A stretch of DNA of 64,000 nucleotides, from contig CAVTRC010000002.1 of the NCBI GenBank assembly GCA_963737065.1, forward strand, positions 160,001 through 224,000. Direction: 5' to 3'. Positions 10,264 through 22,491 of this stretch are shown here, in pieces. The notes under the pieces were generated by a model, which was given only the letters and a program-made list of their open reading frames with translations, was not told where the DNA came from and ran no database searches. Origin of the DNA: Candidatus Eremiobacteria bacterium (lineage in GTDB: Bacteria > Vulcanimicrobiota > Vulcanimicrobiia > Vulcanimicrobiales > Vulcanimicrobiaceae). A program made the position numbers and the translations under genes. Each line of letters starts with the position of its first letter. Position 1 is the first letter of the stretch.

Positions 10264-11193
10264 GTGAGCTGGCTTCAACGGTTGCGGACGTCGCTCGGAA
10301 AAGCGCGCGACAGCTTCGCCGCGGTTCAAAACTTGGGCCGTGCGAAGGCGCCGCTGACCGACGAATTTTGGGACGAACTCGAAGATCTGTTGATCATGGG
10401 CGACTTCGGCGTTCCGACCACGCAGAAAATTGTCGAGGGACTACGAACCGTTGCGAAACAAGAGGCGTGGAAGACGACCGACCAACCGGTCGCGCGCTTT
10501 CACAAAGACGTCGAACGTTTTCTGACGCTGCCCGGCGGTGAGCTCGAGTTCAAATCGCACCCGGCCGTCATACTGATCGTCGGCGTCAACGGCAGCGGTA
10601 AGACGACGACGATCGGCAAGCTTGCAGCGCGTTTCCATAACGAGGGCAAACGTGTGCTCGTCGTCGCCGGCGATACGTTCCGCGCCGCCGCAACCGAACA
10701 GCTGGCGATCTGGGCGCAGCGCAGCGGCAGCGAAATCGTGCGCGGCGCCGAGGGTGCTGATCCCGCCTCCGTCGTCTTCGACGGCATTCGCGCGGGCAAG
10801 GCGCGCAACGCCGACGTGATTCTCATCGACACAGCCGGGCGTCTTCAAACGAAGACGAACCTGATGGAGGAGCTGAAGAAAATCCGCCGCGTCATCGAGC
10901 GCGAACTCGGTGCGCCGCCGGACGAGACGCTCCTCGTTGTCGACGGAACGACGGGACAAAATGCGATCTCGCAAGCAAAAATCTTCAACGATACGACAAA
11001 GCTCACGGGCGTCGTCGTGACGAAGCTCGATTCGACGGCGAAGGGCGGCGTGCTCGTCGCGATCGTCGACGAGTTGGAAGTCCCGATCAAATTCATCGGC
11101 TTGGGGGAAAGCATCGACGCGCTGCGTCCATTCGTGCCGAAAGAGTTTACCGAAGCCCTGTTCGAGGATGCACCCGATTCCGTTCGCGCCTAA
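10264..11193 (+). CDS. ftsY: Signal recognition particle receptor FtsY
   Basis: GVNGSGKTTTIGKLA, DTFRAAA, DTAGRLQ and TKLDSTAKGG motifs. Confidence 0.97.
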   Translation: MSWLQRLRTSLGKARDSFAAVQNLGRAKAPLTDEFWDELEDLLIMGDFGVPTTQKIVEGLRTVAKQEAWKTTDQPVARFHKDVERFLTLPGGELEFKSHPAVILIVGVNGSGKTTTIGKLAARFHNEGKRVLVVAGDTFRAAATEQLAIWAQRSGSEIVRGAEGADPASVVFDGIRAGKARNADVILIDTAGRLQTKTNLMEELKKIRRVIERELGAPPDETLLVVDGTTGQNAISQAKIFNDTTKLTGVVVTKLDSTAKGGVLVAIVDELEVPIKFIGLGESIDALRPFVPKEFTEALFEDAPDSVRA

Positions 11194-11222
11194 ATTACGG
11201 CATCGCTAAAAATGCCATGCAC

Positions 11223-11251
11223 TTGGCATTCGCAAATGAGAACGTTATAGG
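11223..11251 (+). promoter_or_regulatory. Putative sigma-70 promoter of recA
   Basis: TTGGCA-17 bp-TATAGG in the ftsY-recA intergenic region. Confidence 0.5.
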
Positions 11252-11308
11252 GTGACTGTGACGATAGAACAACAACGCATAGCGAAACTACGAATGGAGA
11301 AGCGAGCG

Positions 11309-12355
11309 ATGGCAGCGCAAGACGAACGGCAAGTGGCTTTGAGCAATGCCCTGGCGCAGATCGAACGGCAATTCGGTAAGGGTTCCATTATGAAGATGGG
11401 CGACTTCCAGGAACGGATGGCGTTCGAAGTGGTGCCGAGCGGATCGATCGCGCTCGATCTTGCGCTCGGCGTCGGCGGCTTCCCGCGCGGACGCATCATC
11501 GAGATCTACGGCCCGGAGTCGAGCGGTAAGACGACGGTCGCGCTGCACGCGATCGCCGAAGCGCAAAAGAGCGGCGGCACCGCGGCGTTCATCGACGTCG
11601 AACACGCGCTCGATCCCAATTATGCCGCCGCGCTCGGCGTCGATCTCGATAATTTGCTTGTCTCGCAGCCGGATACCGGCGAACAGGCGCTCGAAATCGC
11701 GGAAATGCTCACGCGCAGCAATGCAGTCGACGTCATCGTCGTCGACTCCGTCGCCGCGCTCGTGACGAAAGCCGAACTCGAAGGCGACATGGGCGATGCG
11801 CACGTCGGTCTGCAGGCGCGTCTGATGTCGCAAGCGCTGCGAAAATTGACGGCGGCGATCTCACGCAGCAAAGCGGTGATGATCTTCATCAACCAGCTCC
11901 GCGAAAAGGTCGGCGTCATGTTCGGCAATCCGGAAACGACCTCGGGCGGCCGCGCGCTGAAGTTCTACGCGTCGGTGCGTCTCGACGTCCGCAAGCTCGA
12001 ACAGATCAAAGTCGGCCAAGACGTCGTCGGCTCGCGTACGCGCGTCAAAGTGGTGAAGAACAAAGTGGCGCCCCCGTTCCGTCAAGCCGAGTTCGATATC
12101 ACCTATGGACGCGGCATCTCGAAAATGGGTTCGATTCTCGACGTTGCGCTCGAGCAGAACATCGTCGGTAAGAGCGGTTCGTGGTACACCTACGGTGATC
12201 AACGCATCGGTCAAGGACGCGAAAATGCGAAGGCGTTCTTGGAAGAGCACAGCGACGTGGCGAGCGAGATCGAAACGAAGATCCGTGAAGCACTTGCCAA
12301 GGTCGTTTCCAAGAACGGACACGCCCAGAACGCCGCCGCGATCGCTGAAGAATAA
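11309..12355 (+). CDS. recA: Recombinase A
   Basis: [21 protein letters not shown] and [14 protein letters not shown] motifs. GGAG RBS before ATG 11309. Confidence 0.99.
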   Translation: MAAQDERQVALSNALAQIERQFGKGSIMKMGDFQERMAFEVVPSGSIALDLALGVGGFPRGRIIEIYGPESSGKTTVALHAIAEAQKSGGTAAFIDVEHALDPNYAAALGVDLDNLLVSQPDTGEQALEIAEMLTRSNAVDVIVVDSVAALVTKAELEGDMGDAHVGLQARLMSQALRKLTAAISRSKAVMIFINQLREKVGVMFGNPETTSGGRALKFYASVRLDVRKLEQIKVGQDVVGSRTRVKVVKNKVAPPFRQAEFDITYGRGISKMGSILDVALEQNIVGKSGSWYTYGDQRIGQGRENAKAFLEEHSDVASEIETKIREALAKVVSKNGHAQNAAAIAEE

Positions 12356-12816
12356 TGGCGACCGCGTACGCATCCGCACTTGCGATGCTTGCGCGGCAGC
12401 GGTTGACCGAAGCACAGCTTTGGCAGAAGCTGGAACGAAAAGGCTACGATGACGACTCCATTCGTGGTGTCGTCACTCGTTGCCGGGACGAACGCTTTCT
12501 CGACGACCGCCTCTATGCGCAGCTCTACGTCGAGCGCAAACGCAAAGCGATCGGCAATTCACGCCTCGTCGGCGAATTGGTCCGGAAAGGGATCGACCGT
12601 GACGCCGCCGCGAACGCCGTCGCCGCGCTCGAGGACGATGAGCGAACCCGCTGCACTCGCGCGCTCGAATCGATTCAGCGCAAGAAGCCGAACGCGTCGT
12701 ATTCCATCACCGCGCGTGCGCTCGAACGCCTCGGGTTCCCGGCCTCAATCATCTATGCGACGCTGCGCGACCAAGCCGCAATCCACTTTCCGCAACTCGA
12801 CGACGTGTCGGTCTGA
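12355..12816 (+). CDS. recX: RecA regulator RecX
   Basis: Overlaps the recA stop. [31 protein letters not shown] and ELVRKGI three-helix repeats. Confidence 0.88.
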   Translation: MATAYASALAMLARQRLTEAQLWQKLERKGYDDDSIRGVVTRCRDERFLDDRLYAQLYVERKRKAIGNSRLVGELVRKGIDRDAAANAVAALEDDERTRCTRALESIQRKKPNASYSITARALERLGFPASIIYATLRDQAAIHFPQLDDVSV

Positions 12817-12819
12817 TGG

Positions 12820-13704
12820 CTATCCTTCGACCGGTTCCGCATTCTCCGGCGCCACTTGCGCATAATTGAGAATTGAGACGAGCAAGACGCCGCCGATGCA
12901 GTTACCGATGAACACCGGAATGAGGAAATCGAGCAAGAAGTAGCCCCACGACGCCGCACCGGCAATAACGGCGTAGAGTGCCTCGACGGAGCCCGCGATG
13001 ATGTGCGAGAGCCCGGCGGCACCGACGACGTACGTGATGATGAGCACGACCGCCAATCGTGAATGTTCCGCCGCAGGCAGCAGCCACACCATCAACGCAA
13101 TCAGCCAGCCCGCGAAGATGCCTTTCACGAGCGTCACCGCAAAGCCAAAGGACAACGTCGTCACGCCGACTTGCAGAAACGCGTGCTTGACGTCCGGTGC
13201 GAACGCACCGGTGTGAAACACTAAGAGCGCAAAGAGCAGGGCGCCGATCAGATTCGTGGCGAGGACGATGCTCCACAGACGCACGACGTTCCTGAACGTG
13301 CGCAGTTTCTCTTTACTGTCCAGCAGCGGAATGATCGCGGTGACGGTATTCTCCGTGAAGAGTTGCTGACGTCCGGCGACGACGATCATAAAGCCGAGCG
13401 TGTACCCGAGGTTAACGATCAAGGGGCGCCACGGCGCATTCGGCGGCAAGCCGGCATCGATCATGCCGGTTGCTACGAGCGAAAATCCCATGGAAAGCCC
13501 CGCCGCAAGTCCTGAAAACGCGAGCGACGCGTTGGACCGTTCCAGCTCCTGTTGTCCTTCCTGGCGAACGGTTTCAAACACTACCGCGGCGCGCGGGGTA
13601 ACACGCCGTGTTGCGTCTTTGACTTCCTGCTCGGAGAGCTGTTTGGTGCTCTCGCCGTCTTGCGACTCGCTCGAACCGCGAACGATCATCCGATCCTCAT
13701 TCAC
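12820..13704 (-). CDS. Formate/nitrite transporter family (YfdC-like)
   Basis: SGLAAGLSMGFS, GRQQLFTENT, GIFAGWLIALMVW, HIIAGS and GNCIGG motifs. Confidence 0.9.
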   Translation of the reverse strand: MNEDRMIVRGSSESQDGESTKQLSEQEVKDATRRVTPRAAVVFETVRQEGQQELERSNASLAFSGLAAGLSMGFSLVATGMIDAGLPPNAPWRPLIVNLGYTLGFMIVVAGRQQLFTENTVTAIIPLLDSKEKLRTFRNVVRLWSIVLATNLIGALLFALLVFHTGAFAPDVKHAFLQVGVTTLSFGFAVTLVKGIFAGWLIALMVWLLPAAEHSRLAVVLIITYVVGAAGLSHIIAGSVEALYAVIAGAASWGYFLLDFLIPVFIGNCIGGVLLVSILNYAQVAPENAEPVEG

Positions 13705-13779
13705 TGGCCCCTTGTACCCCGGTCATTTTTGCGCCAAGCGATGTCAGGTCCGGTCGTGGCTGCGGGCACTAATCGAAGC

Positions 13780-14469
13780 ATGCCTGCCCCGACGATTGTG
13801 GTCGCCGAAGACGACGTGGCGATCCGCGAGCTGCTCACGCACCATTTGGAACGCGAAGGATTTTCCGTTGTGGCGGTCGGCGACGGACAAACGGCGTTGC
13901 GTACGGCGCGGCGAGCCGCGGATCTCGTCATCCTCGACATCGGGCTGCCGGGCATTGACGGATACGACATCGCGCGAACATTGCGTCGCGAGGAGCGCGC
14001 AATTCCGATCGTCATGTTGACGGCGCGCGTCGACGAGATCGACCGCGTCGTCGGCTTCGAACTGGGTGCAGACGACTACGTCTGCAAACCCTTCTCGCCG
14101 CGTGAAGTGATCGCACGCGTGCGCGCCGTGTTGCGACGCAGCGGCACGACCGTCGACGCGCCACCGGCCTTGTTGCAGTTCGGCCGATTGGAGATCGACG
14201 AAGCCGCGCGCGAAGCTCGCGTCGATGGGGTCGACGTGCGACTCAAACCGCGTGAATTTGCGCTGTTGCTCGAATTGGCGAACAATGTCGGCATCGCGCT
14301 CTCACGCGAACGGTTACTGGAGCGCGTGTGGGGTTTCGATTTCGACGGCGACGAGCGTACGGTGGACGTGCATGTTCGGCGGCTGCGCGCAAAGATCGAA
14401 GAAGAAGCGACGCTTCCGCCGATGGTGCAAACCATCCACGGATTCGGCTATAAGTTCGTGCGCGCGTAA
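13780..14469 (+). CDS. OmpR/PhoB-family response regulator
   Basis: VVAEDD, ILDIGLP, GADDYVCKPFS and winged-helix [14 protein letters not shown]...GFGYKF. Confidence 0.95.
   Translation: MPAPTIVVAEDDVAIRELLTHHLEREGFSVVAVGDGQTALRTARRAADLVILDIGLPGIDGYDIARTLRREERAIPIVMLTARVDEIDRVVGFELGADDYVCKPFSPREVIARVRAVLRRSGTTVDAPPALLQFGRLEIDEAAREARVDGVDVRLKPREFALLLELANNVGIALSRERLLERVWGFDFDGDERTVDVHVRRLRAKIEEEATLPPMVQTIHGFGYKFVRA
14242..14469 (+). repeat. Left copy of a ~228 bp direct repeat (regulator 3' end)
   Basis: Matches 40714-40941. Manual count gives 21 mismatches over 14251-14466 versus 40723-40938. Confidence 0.95.
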
Positions 14470-14485
14470 ATGCAACACCATACGA

Positions 14486-14590
14486 GCCTTTGCGTCGGCT
14501 GCCGGCCGCACATGCGTGACGCAGACGTGCTGGCGCACGATGGCGCAAGCGACTGGCTTGCGGCGGCGGTGCTCTCACCGACGCGCGCGA
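14486..14590 (+). pseudogene. Remnant of the histidine kinase 5' region
   Basis: AFASAAGR/MRDADVLAHDGASDWLAAAVLSPTRA versus VFAAAADRIMRDGDILGHDRGSDWFAVAMLSPTRA in the intact kinase (~41116-41221). Confidence 0.85.
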
Positions 14591-14735
14591 ATCGTCGAGG
14601 TTTCCGTCAACCAGCACCATCGGTTTGTTTGCGTGCGCGGCAACGTAGCGAGATACATTCCATGGAACCTTCCTCTCGACGCCTCCTAAATCAACCGGCG
14701 CCCGAACATGTCGAGAGTTCAGTTTCAATCGGGTT

Positions 14736-14870
14736 TCATAAAGGTCCGTTGCCCACGTGTTCTTCCGTGTCTTCAACGCCGTCGTCTCTAATGTCGTCGG
14801 GAAAGATTGGATCGTCGCTGGCTTCATCGGGTCCCGGTTCCGACGGATGAATTGTCTGGTTTCGCTCCAT
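14736..14870 (-). CDS. Possible 44 aa acidic small protein
   Basis: MERNQTIHPSEPGPDEASDDPIFPDDIRDDGVEDTEEHVGNGPL*, read by eye, below the ORF-track cutoff. Confidence 0.35.
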   Translation of the reverse strand: MERNQTIHPSEPGPDEASDDPIFPDDIRDDGVEDTEEHVGNGPL

Positions 14871-14962
14871 ATCGCACTCAGTCTAACGCACGCCGAACGC
14901 TATATCTGCGCGGTTTTAGACAAAGAGCGCGGCGGCCGGTTCGTACGGCAGAAAGCTAATTC

Positions 14963-15751
14963 TTAACGCGCTGTCCCGGGCTCTTTGGAGTTGTCTGCGC
15001 CGCGAAGGAAGCCGCTGAATTGATCCCGCGCGACGGCATAGCATTCACAGGCCGTTTCTTCGAGACCCGATCGATCTTGAATCGTAATGCATCCGTGAGC
15101 GTAGTTAATATATCCAGCGCGCTGCAGCGCGGCGAGGGCTATCGTGACTCCGGAACGGCGGCTGCCCAACATCATCGCGAGATATTCGTGTGTCAACAAA
15201 ATCTCGTCGCGGCCAACACGATCGTGGGACAGTAGCAGCCAGCGGGCGCAGCGTTCGTACACGCTATGTAACCGATTGCAACCCGTAAGTTGCCCGAGAA
15301 AATTCACATAGGCCTGTAAATAGCGATTCAGTAACGCACTAAAGCGTGTGTCGGTCACTCTCAGGTGGTGAAAATGCTCCGCCGGCATCTTGATGGCGCG
15401 CCCAGGGACTTGACAATAGCTGTCATTTGCCGTCGTTGTACCGTCCATGAGCAATGGTATGCCGGAAGTTCCCTCGCGTCCGATCGTGCCGACTTCTATC
15501 TCCCCGCCCGCCTCCATGCGCGTTACGACAGAGAGCACGCAATCGATGGGGAAAAACACCTCGGCGATCGGTTCTCCGGCGCGGTAGATCGCAAAGCGAG
15601 CCGGCATTTCCAGCAGATCACCGACGCCCGCGATTTCCGCAATCCCGCGATCGCTCAGGTTCCGAAGGATTGCGTTGCCTTGGATTTCTTCGAGGGTGAG
15701 CTTGCTTCGTCGCGCGGGTAATCCGGCGTGCTTCCGGCCTTTCGTTGACAC
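14963..15751 (-). CDS. Crp/Fnr-family transcriptional regulator
   Basis: cNMP-binding FPIDCVLSV..EVGTIGREG, CNRLHSVYERCARWLL and HTH LTHEYLAMMLGSRRSGVT. Confidence 0.9.
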   Translation of the reverse strand: MSTKGRKHAGLPARRSKLTLEEIQGNAILRNLSDRGIAEIAGVGDLLEMPARFAIYRAGEPIAEVFFPIDCVLSVVTRMEAGGEIEVGTIGREGTSGIPLLMDGTTTANDSYCQVPGRAIKMPAEHFHHLRVTDTRFSALLNRYLQAYVNFLGQLTGCNRLHSVYERCARWLLLSHDRVGRDEILLTHEYLAMMLGSRRSGVTIALAALQRAGYINYAHGCITIQDRSGLEETACECYAVARDQFSGFLRGADNSKEPGTAR

Positions 15752-16041
15752 GAGAAATTACGCTCCTACAGGTTTCTAAAACTGCTTATTGGGCGCGCAC
15801 GACCTTTCCTTGCCTAAAACCGCACAGAGATATTCTCCATCCCGCAGGTACAATGTATCTCGCACAGCGGGATGGGAGCTTACATTTGCAATTATCAACT
15901 CGGGGAAGGACGTGCATCATTCCGCTGCGTGGCGCATCCGATATTGTTCCGCCGCGGAGCGCATTGGGCCGCCTAGGCAGCGGCATCAACGATTACGGCG
16001 CGGCGTCCCACAAAGCCGTGCACCTCGTTGACTCTATAGAG

Positions 16042-16371
16042 ATGATGCACGGTCGTGTGCATCGTGCCGTACACGAGAGCAGCTCGCAGATATGTTTGCG
16101 CCTCTCCGGTGACTTCGATATCTATAATAAGCGCGAACTCGCCGCGACGCTTGCGTCCTACGTAGCGTATCCGGCCATCACGATCGATCTCGCGCAGACC
16201 CGATTTATCGACGGCGGCATTATCGGCGTGTTTGCCCGCTTTGCAACCCTACGTCGCGAGCTTGGCGGTGCACAATTGCGGATCGTCAACTGCAACACAT
16301 TTATGTTTAAGCTCTTTTCCATTTGCCGGCTCGACACGCTCTTCTGCATTGAGGAACAACGCCACGCGTAA
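16042..16371 (+). CDS. STAS-domain protein (anti-sigma antagonist-like)
   Basis: LRLSGDFDIY..IDLAQTRFIDGGIIG..KLFSICRLDTLF. The usual DS phospho-Ser is replaced by Gly. Confidence 0.75.
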   Translation: MMHGRVHRAVHESSSQICLRLSGDFDIYNKRELAATLASYVAYPAITIDLAQTRFIDGGIIGVFARFATLRRELGGAQLRIVNCNTFMFKLFSICRLDTLFCIEEQRHA

Positions 16372-16457
16372 CGCTAAACCTTTCGGTCTTCGAAGGTTTG
16401 CTTCGCTCCGATCCGCTTCATTGCCGGATCAATTCCATTACAACGAGGTGAACCAAC

Positions 16458-18244
16458 GTGACGACTAGTGATTTTCTCCTCGAACGTCTGGTCGAATGGG
16501 GGTTCTATCGCATTTACGGTTATCCCGGCGACGGCATCAACGGCATCATGGGTGCGTTCGACCGCATCGGCGACAAACTGCAATTCATTCAGGTTCGCCA
16601 TGAAGAGATGGCGGCGTTCATGGCGTGCGCGCATGCGAAGTTTACCGGCGAGATCGGCATTTGCCTCGCAACGTCCGGCCCGGGCGCGATTCATCTGCTC
16701 AACGGTCTTTACGACGCAAAGATGGATCACGTTCCGGTGGTCGCCATCGTCGGACAAGCGGCGACAACCGCGCTAGGCGGATCGTACCAGCAAGAAGTCG
16801 ATCTGCAAGTTCTGCTGCAAGACGTCACGGAATACGTTACACGGTTTCGAGCCCGGCGGCGATGCGCCACGTCGTCGACCGCGCCGTGCGCACGGCAAAG
16901 GGCATGCGCGCCGTCACCTGCGTCATCGTGCCGAAAGACGTTCAGGAGAGCCTGCGGTTCCCGAGCCGCCGCGCGCGCACAACAACATGAGCAGCAGCGT
17001 GGGATACTGCGCGCCCGTCGTCGTTCCGGCGCAGCGAGATCTGCAGCGCGCGGCGGATATCCTCAACGCCGGCGAGCGCGTCGCGATGATGGTCGGGCAA
17101 GGCGCCGCCAATGCGACGGACGAGGTGCTCGCGGTTGCCGATCGCTTGGGGGCGGGCATCGCAAAAGCGCTGCTCGGGAAAGACGTCGTTCCCGACGATT
17201 TGCCATACGTGACGGGCACGCTCGGGCTTGCTCGGAACGCGCCCGAGCTACGACATGATGAACGAATGCGACACGCTGTTGATGGTCGGCACGTGCTATC
17301 CGTACTCGGAGTTTTTGCCGAAGCAAGGCCAGGCTCGCGGCGTGCAGATCGACATCGATCCGCGCAACGTCGGCTTGCGTTTTCCGACCGAGGTGAACTT
17401 GATCGGCGACAGCCGCGATACGCTTGCCGCGCTGCTGCCGTTGCTCAAGCCGAAAACTGACACCGCGTGGCGCGAGAAGATCGAGAAGGGCCAGAAGGGC
17501 TGGCATGCCGACGAAGAGGCGCGCTGCCACGTCAAGGGCGATTTGATCAATCCGCAGCTGGTATTTTGGGAGCTGAACGAGCGCCTACCCGACAAGGCGA
17601 TTCTTACCGGCGACGCGGGCACGCCGACGAACTGGTTTGCGCGCAACATTCAGATGCGGCGCGGCATGAAATCTTCGCTCTCGGGAGGCCTGGCGACGAT
17701 GGGCTCGGCGGTTCCGTATGCGATCGCCGCGAAGTTCGCCTATCCGGATCGAGTCGTCATCGCGTGCGCCGGCGACGGCGCGATGCAGATGAACGGCAAC
17801 GCGGAGTTGCTCACGGTCAAAAAGTACTGGAAAACGTGGTCCGATCCGCGGCTGATCTTCCTCGTGCTGAACAATTCGGATCTCAACCAAGTGACCTGGG
17901 AGATGCGCGTCGAGTCGGGCAATCCGAAATACGAAGCCTCGCAAGATCTGCCGGTCTTCAACTATGCGCAGTACGCCGAATCGCTCGGTTTGCGCGGCAT
18001 TCGCGTCGAGCGATCCGAGGACATCGCGCCGGCGTGGGATCGCGCGCTTGCGTCCGACCGGCCGGTGGTTTTCGATGCGGTGGTCGATCCGAACATCTCG
18101 CAGTTGCCGCCGCACATCACGCTTGAAGAGGCGCACAACCTCTTCTCGGCGATGCGGAAGGGCGATCCCGACGAGGGCGGCGTGATCAAGGAGAGCATCA
18201 AGAGCGTGCTCGCCGGCATTCTGCCGCACCGCGGAGAGAACTAA
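16458..18244 (+). pseudogene. Thiamine pyrophosphate enzyme (pyruvate oxidase/PoxB-like), frameshifted
   Basis: GYPGDGING, RHEEMAAFMA, ATSGPGAIHLLNGLYDA and GDGAMQMNG motifs split over several frames. Confidence 0.85.
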
Positions 18245-18246
18245 AG

Positions 18247-19359
18247 GTGGCTCTGACCGCCGTGCGCGTGCAATGCCCGATCGAGCGATCGACGTGCGCG
18301 CGTATCGCATCCCGACGAAGTCGCCGGAATCGGATGGGACGCTCGAATGGGATGCGACGACGCTGGTGTACGTCGAAGTGCAGGCCGGCGGACAGACCGG
18401 CATCGGATACACGTATGCCGACGTTGCGACCGCGAAACTCGTCGAAACGATGTTGCGCAATGCCTGTTGGGCAAAGACGCGATGCAATCGGCGCGCGCTG
18501 GGACGACATGGGCAACGTTACGCGAATCTCGGACGCGACGGCATCACGTCGATGGCGATTTCGGCGGTCGACGTCGCGCTGTGGGATCTGAAAGGCAAGA
18601 TGCTGGACGGCCGGTCTGCGTGTTGCTTGGTGCGGCGCGCAAACGCGTGCCGATCTACGGCAGCGGCGGCTTCACGTCGTACACCGCGCGAACATTTGTG
18701 CGCGCAACTGCATGGCTGGGTGACCGACGGCATCCCGCGCGTGAAAATGAAGGTCGGACGCGAACCGGACGAGGACCCAAGCGCGTCGCAGCTGCGCGAG
18801 GGGCAATCGGCGACGACGCGGAACTTTTTGTCGATGCCAACGGCGCGTATTCGCGTAAAGCAGGCGCTCGCGCTGGCGCGGCGTTTCGCGGAACGGCGGG
18901 TGACGTGGTTCGAGGAGCCGGTGTATCGCGAAGATTACGAAGGTACGCGACTGGTTCGCGACGGCGCGCCGGCGAGGCATGGACATCTCGATCGGTGAGT
19001 ACGGGTACGGGCTGTACGGTTTGCGCGATGCTCGACGCGCGATGCATTGACGTATTGCAAGCCGACGCGACGCGCTGCGGCGGCTTTAGCGGCCTGCTGG
19101 CGGTTGATGGGCTTGTGCCAGACGAAGATGATGCCGCTTTCGACGCATTGCGCACCGTATGTTCATTTGCACGCTGCGCTCGCGTGCAAGCAGATTCGCC
19201 ACATGGAGTATTTCTTCGATCACGTGCGCATCGAGAAGATGCTTTTCGATGGCGCAGTCGCGCCCGCGGGCGGCCACGCTTACCGCGCATGTGAGTCGCC
19301 CGGCCGTCGGACTGGAATTCAAGCGCGCTGACGCCGCAACCGCTATCTTATCTAGGTGA
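18247..19359 (+). pseudogene. Mandelate racemase/enolase-superfamily protein, multiply frameshifted
   Basis: PESDGTLEWD, AISAVDVALWDLK, YGSGGFTSY, KMKVGR, FVDANGAY, WFEEP and EYFFDHVRIE pieces in alternating frames. Confidence 0.85.
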
Positions 19360-19363
19360 GCGT

Positions 19364-22300
19364 ATGATCAAGATTCTGACGGCACTCGAAACGCACGCGC
19401 ATTCGGAGCGGACACGATCCGGCGCCCACGCAGCGTCCCGATGCGGTAAACGAAACCGACGTCGACGTTGCGGCCGCTGGAACGCGCTTTGCGCGCTAGC
19501 GTTCGAGGCGAAGTACGCTTCGATGACGGTAGCCGGGCGTTGTATTCGACCGATGCTTCGAACTACCGCCAGGTGCCCGTCGCCGTTGTGATTCCGCATG
19601 ACGCCGACGATGCTGAAGCGGCCGTGCGCCGCTTGCCGAACGTACAGTGCTCCCGATCTTTGCACGAGGTGGCGGCACGGATTTGGCGGGCAGCACGTGC
19701 AATGCCGCCGTCGTTTTGGATTTCTCCAAATACATGAACCGCGTCGTAGAGATCGATTGGGAAGCGAAAACGCGCGCGCGTTCAGCCTGGCTGCGTTCTC
19801 GACGATCTGCGTGACGCGGCCGAAAAGCGCACGCTAACGTTTGGGCCCGATCCCGCAACGCACAACCGCAACACGCTCGGCGGAATGATCGGCAACAACT
19901 CGTGCGGGATGCACGCGCAGATGGCCGGCAAAGTGGAAGAAAACACCGAAGAGCTCGAGATTCTTACCTACGATGGCCTGCGCATGCGCGTCGGGCCGAC
20001 GACCGATGAAGAGCTCGACGCGATCATCGCCGAGGGCGGCCGGCGTGGCGAAATCTATGCCAAGCTTCGCGACCTTCGGGATCGCTACGCCGATCAAATC
20101 CGCGCACGATTTCCCGCACATCCCGCGCCTGGTTTCAGGCTATCCGCTGCAGCAACTATTGCCCGAAAACGGTTTCAATGTTGCTCGAGCGCTCGTCGGC
20201 ACCGAAAATACGTGCGTGACGGTAGTCGAAGCAAAGGTGCGGCTCGTGCACAGTCCGCCGTTTCGCACGATGGTCGTCTTCGGATTTTCGGATATCGCAA
20301 CTGCTGCCGACCACGTTCCCTTCTGCAACGCGCACGGACCAATCGCGCTCGAAGGTCTTGATACAAGCATGTTCATGTACATGCATGACAAAGGGATGTC
20401 GACCAACGGGCGTGCGATGTTTCCTGACGGCAACGCGTGGCTCATCGTTGAGTTCGGCGCAGATACCGAGCAAGGAGCGAACGACAAAGCAGACGGACTG
20501 ATGGCGGCATTTAAAGCGCGTGAAATCGTGCCGAGCATGAAGCGCTTCGATGACGAACATGAGGAGCAACTGCTCTGGGAGATTCGCGAGTCCGGACTCG
20601 GCTCGACCTCGAAGATTCCGAACCTTCCGGATTTCTATCCCGGTTGGGAAGACTCGGCGGTTGGTCCCGACAAGCTCGGTCGCTTACATACGCGACTTCC
20701 AAAAGCTGATGTCGCAATATGGTTACCATGCTTCGCTCTACGGGCATTTCGGGCAAGGCTGCTTGCATTGCAGCATCGATTTCGATCTATATACCACCGA
20801 GGGAATTGCAAAGTACCGCAAGTTCGTCACCGAAGCGGCGCACATTTGCGTGAAATACGGCGGCTCGTTATCGGGCGAGCATGGCGACGGTCAAGCTCGC
20901 GGCGAGCTGCTGCCGATCATGTTCGGCGACGACTTGGTCAAAGCGTTTTGTGAATTCAAAGCAATCTGGGATCCGCAGAACAAAATGAATCCCGGTAAGG
21001 TCGTGCACCCCTATAAGCTCGATGAGAATTTGCGCTGGGGGACACACTATGCGCCGTGGGAGCCGCAAACGCACTTTGGATTCGTCGAGGACAACGGCAG
21101 CTTTACCTATGCTGCAAACCGCTGCGTCGGCACCGGAAAGTGCCGCAAGCACGATTCGGCGTGATGTGTCCGAGTTACATGGCAACGCGCGAGGAGATGC
21201 ACTCAACGCGCGGGCGCGCGCGATTGCTGTTCGAGATGCTTGAGGGCAATCCACTCACAGAACGGTTGGCAGGGATGAAACCGTCAAAGAGGCGCTGGAT
21301 CTCTGCCTCGCCTGCAAAGGCTGCAAGGGCGAATGTCCGGTCAAGTCGATATTGCGACCTACAAGGCAGAATTTCTTTCGCATTACTACGAAGGCCGCGC
21401 GCCGCCCAATCGCGGCGTACGCGTTCGGGTTAATGTACTGGTGGGCGGAAGCCGCGGCGCTCGCGCCGTCCTTGGTCAATTTTTTCACGCAAACGCCCGG
21501 GCTGCGCGATGTCGCAAAGGCGGTAGCACGGTCGCGCCGCAGCGGCGCATCCCGCTGTTTGCGCCGCAGACGTTCCGCTCATGGTTTGCCGCGCGTGCCG
21601 CCCCGCAACGTCGGAAAGCCGGACGTCATCCTGTGGCCTGACACATGGAACAATAATTTTCATCCCACGACAGCGCAGGCCGCCGTGGAAGTGCTCGAGG
21701 ATGCTGGGTTTCACGTGACCATTCCGAAGGTTGCGCTGTGCTGTGGCCGGCCGCTTTACGACTACGGGATGCTCGACTTGGCCAAAACGATGTTGCACGA
21801 GATCGTCGCTGCGCTCAAGCCGCAGATCGACGCGGGGACCTGTATCGTAGGTCTCGAGCCCAGCTGTGTGTCGGTCTTCCGCGATGAGATGCCGAATCTG
21901 CTGCACGGCGACGAGGACGCCAATCGCTTTAAGAAACAAACGTTGCTGCTCAGCGAGTTTCTCGAGCACTACGCGCCGCACTACCAGCCGCCCAAGCTGA
22001 AGCGCAAGGTTCTCGCGCAGGCGCACTGTCATCAGCGGTCCGTCCTCGATGTGTCCGCTGAAGAACATTTACTCAAAAAGCTCGGCGTTGAGTATTCGTT
22101 TCCCGACTCCGGCTGTTGTGGGATGTGCGGCGCGTTTGGTTTTGAAACCGGCGAGCACTACAAAGTTTCGATGGCAGTCGGCGAGCGCAGCTTGCTGCCC
22201 GCCGTACGTGCTGCTTCCGCCGGCACCGTTATCGTCGCGACCGGTTTCAGTTGTCGCGAGCAGATCGCGCAGACGACAAATCGCCAGGCGTTGCACCCGG

Positions 22301-22491
22301 CGCAGCTCGTCAAAATGGCGCTGGACGACCGCAACAGCGAGCGTGACGATGTGTTTCCTGAACTGCGGTACATGGCCGATCCGGCGGTTGAACGGCGCAA
22401 ACTCATGCAGCGCGCTGGGGTGGCCATCGCGATCGTGAGTGGCTTTGTGGGTGCGATCGGCATCTTCACGTTCCGCAAGCGAACGCAGTGA
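19364..22491 (+). pseudogene. FAD-binding plus Fe-S oxidoreductase (GlcD/GlcF, YdiJ-like), multiply frameshifted
   Basis: YSTDASNYRQ, GGMIGNNSCG, SLSGEHGDG, CVGTGKC, CCGRPLYD, HCHQ and GCCGMCG motifs across frames. Confidence 0.85.
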
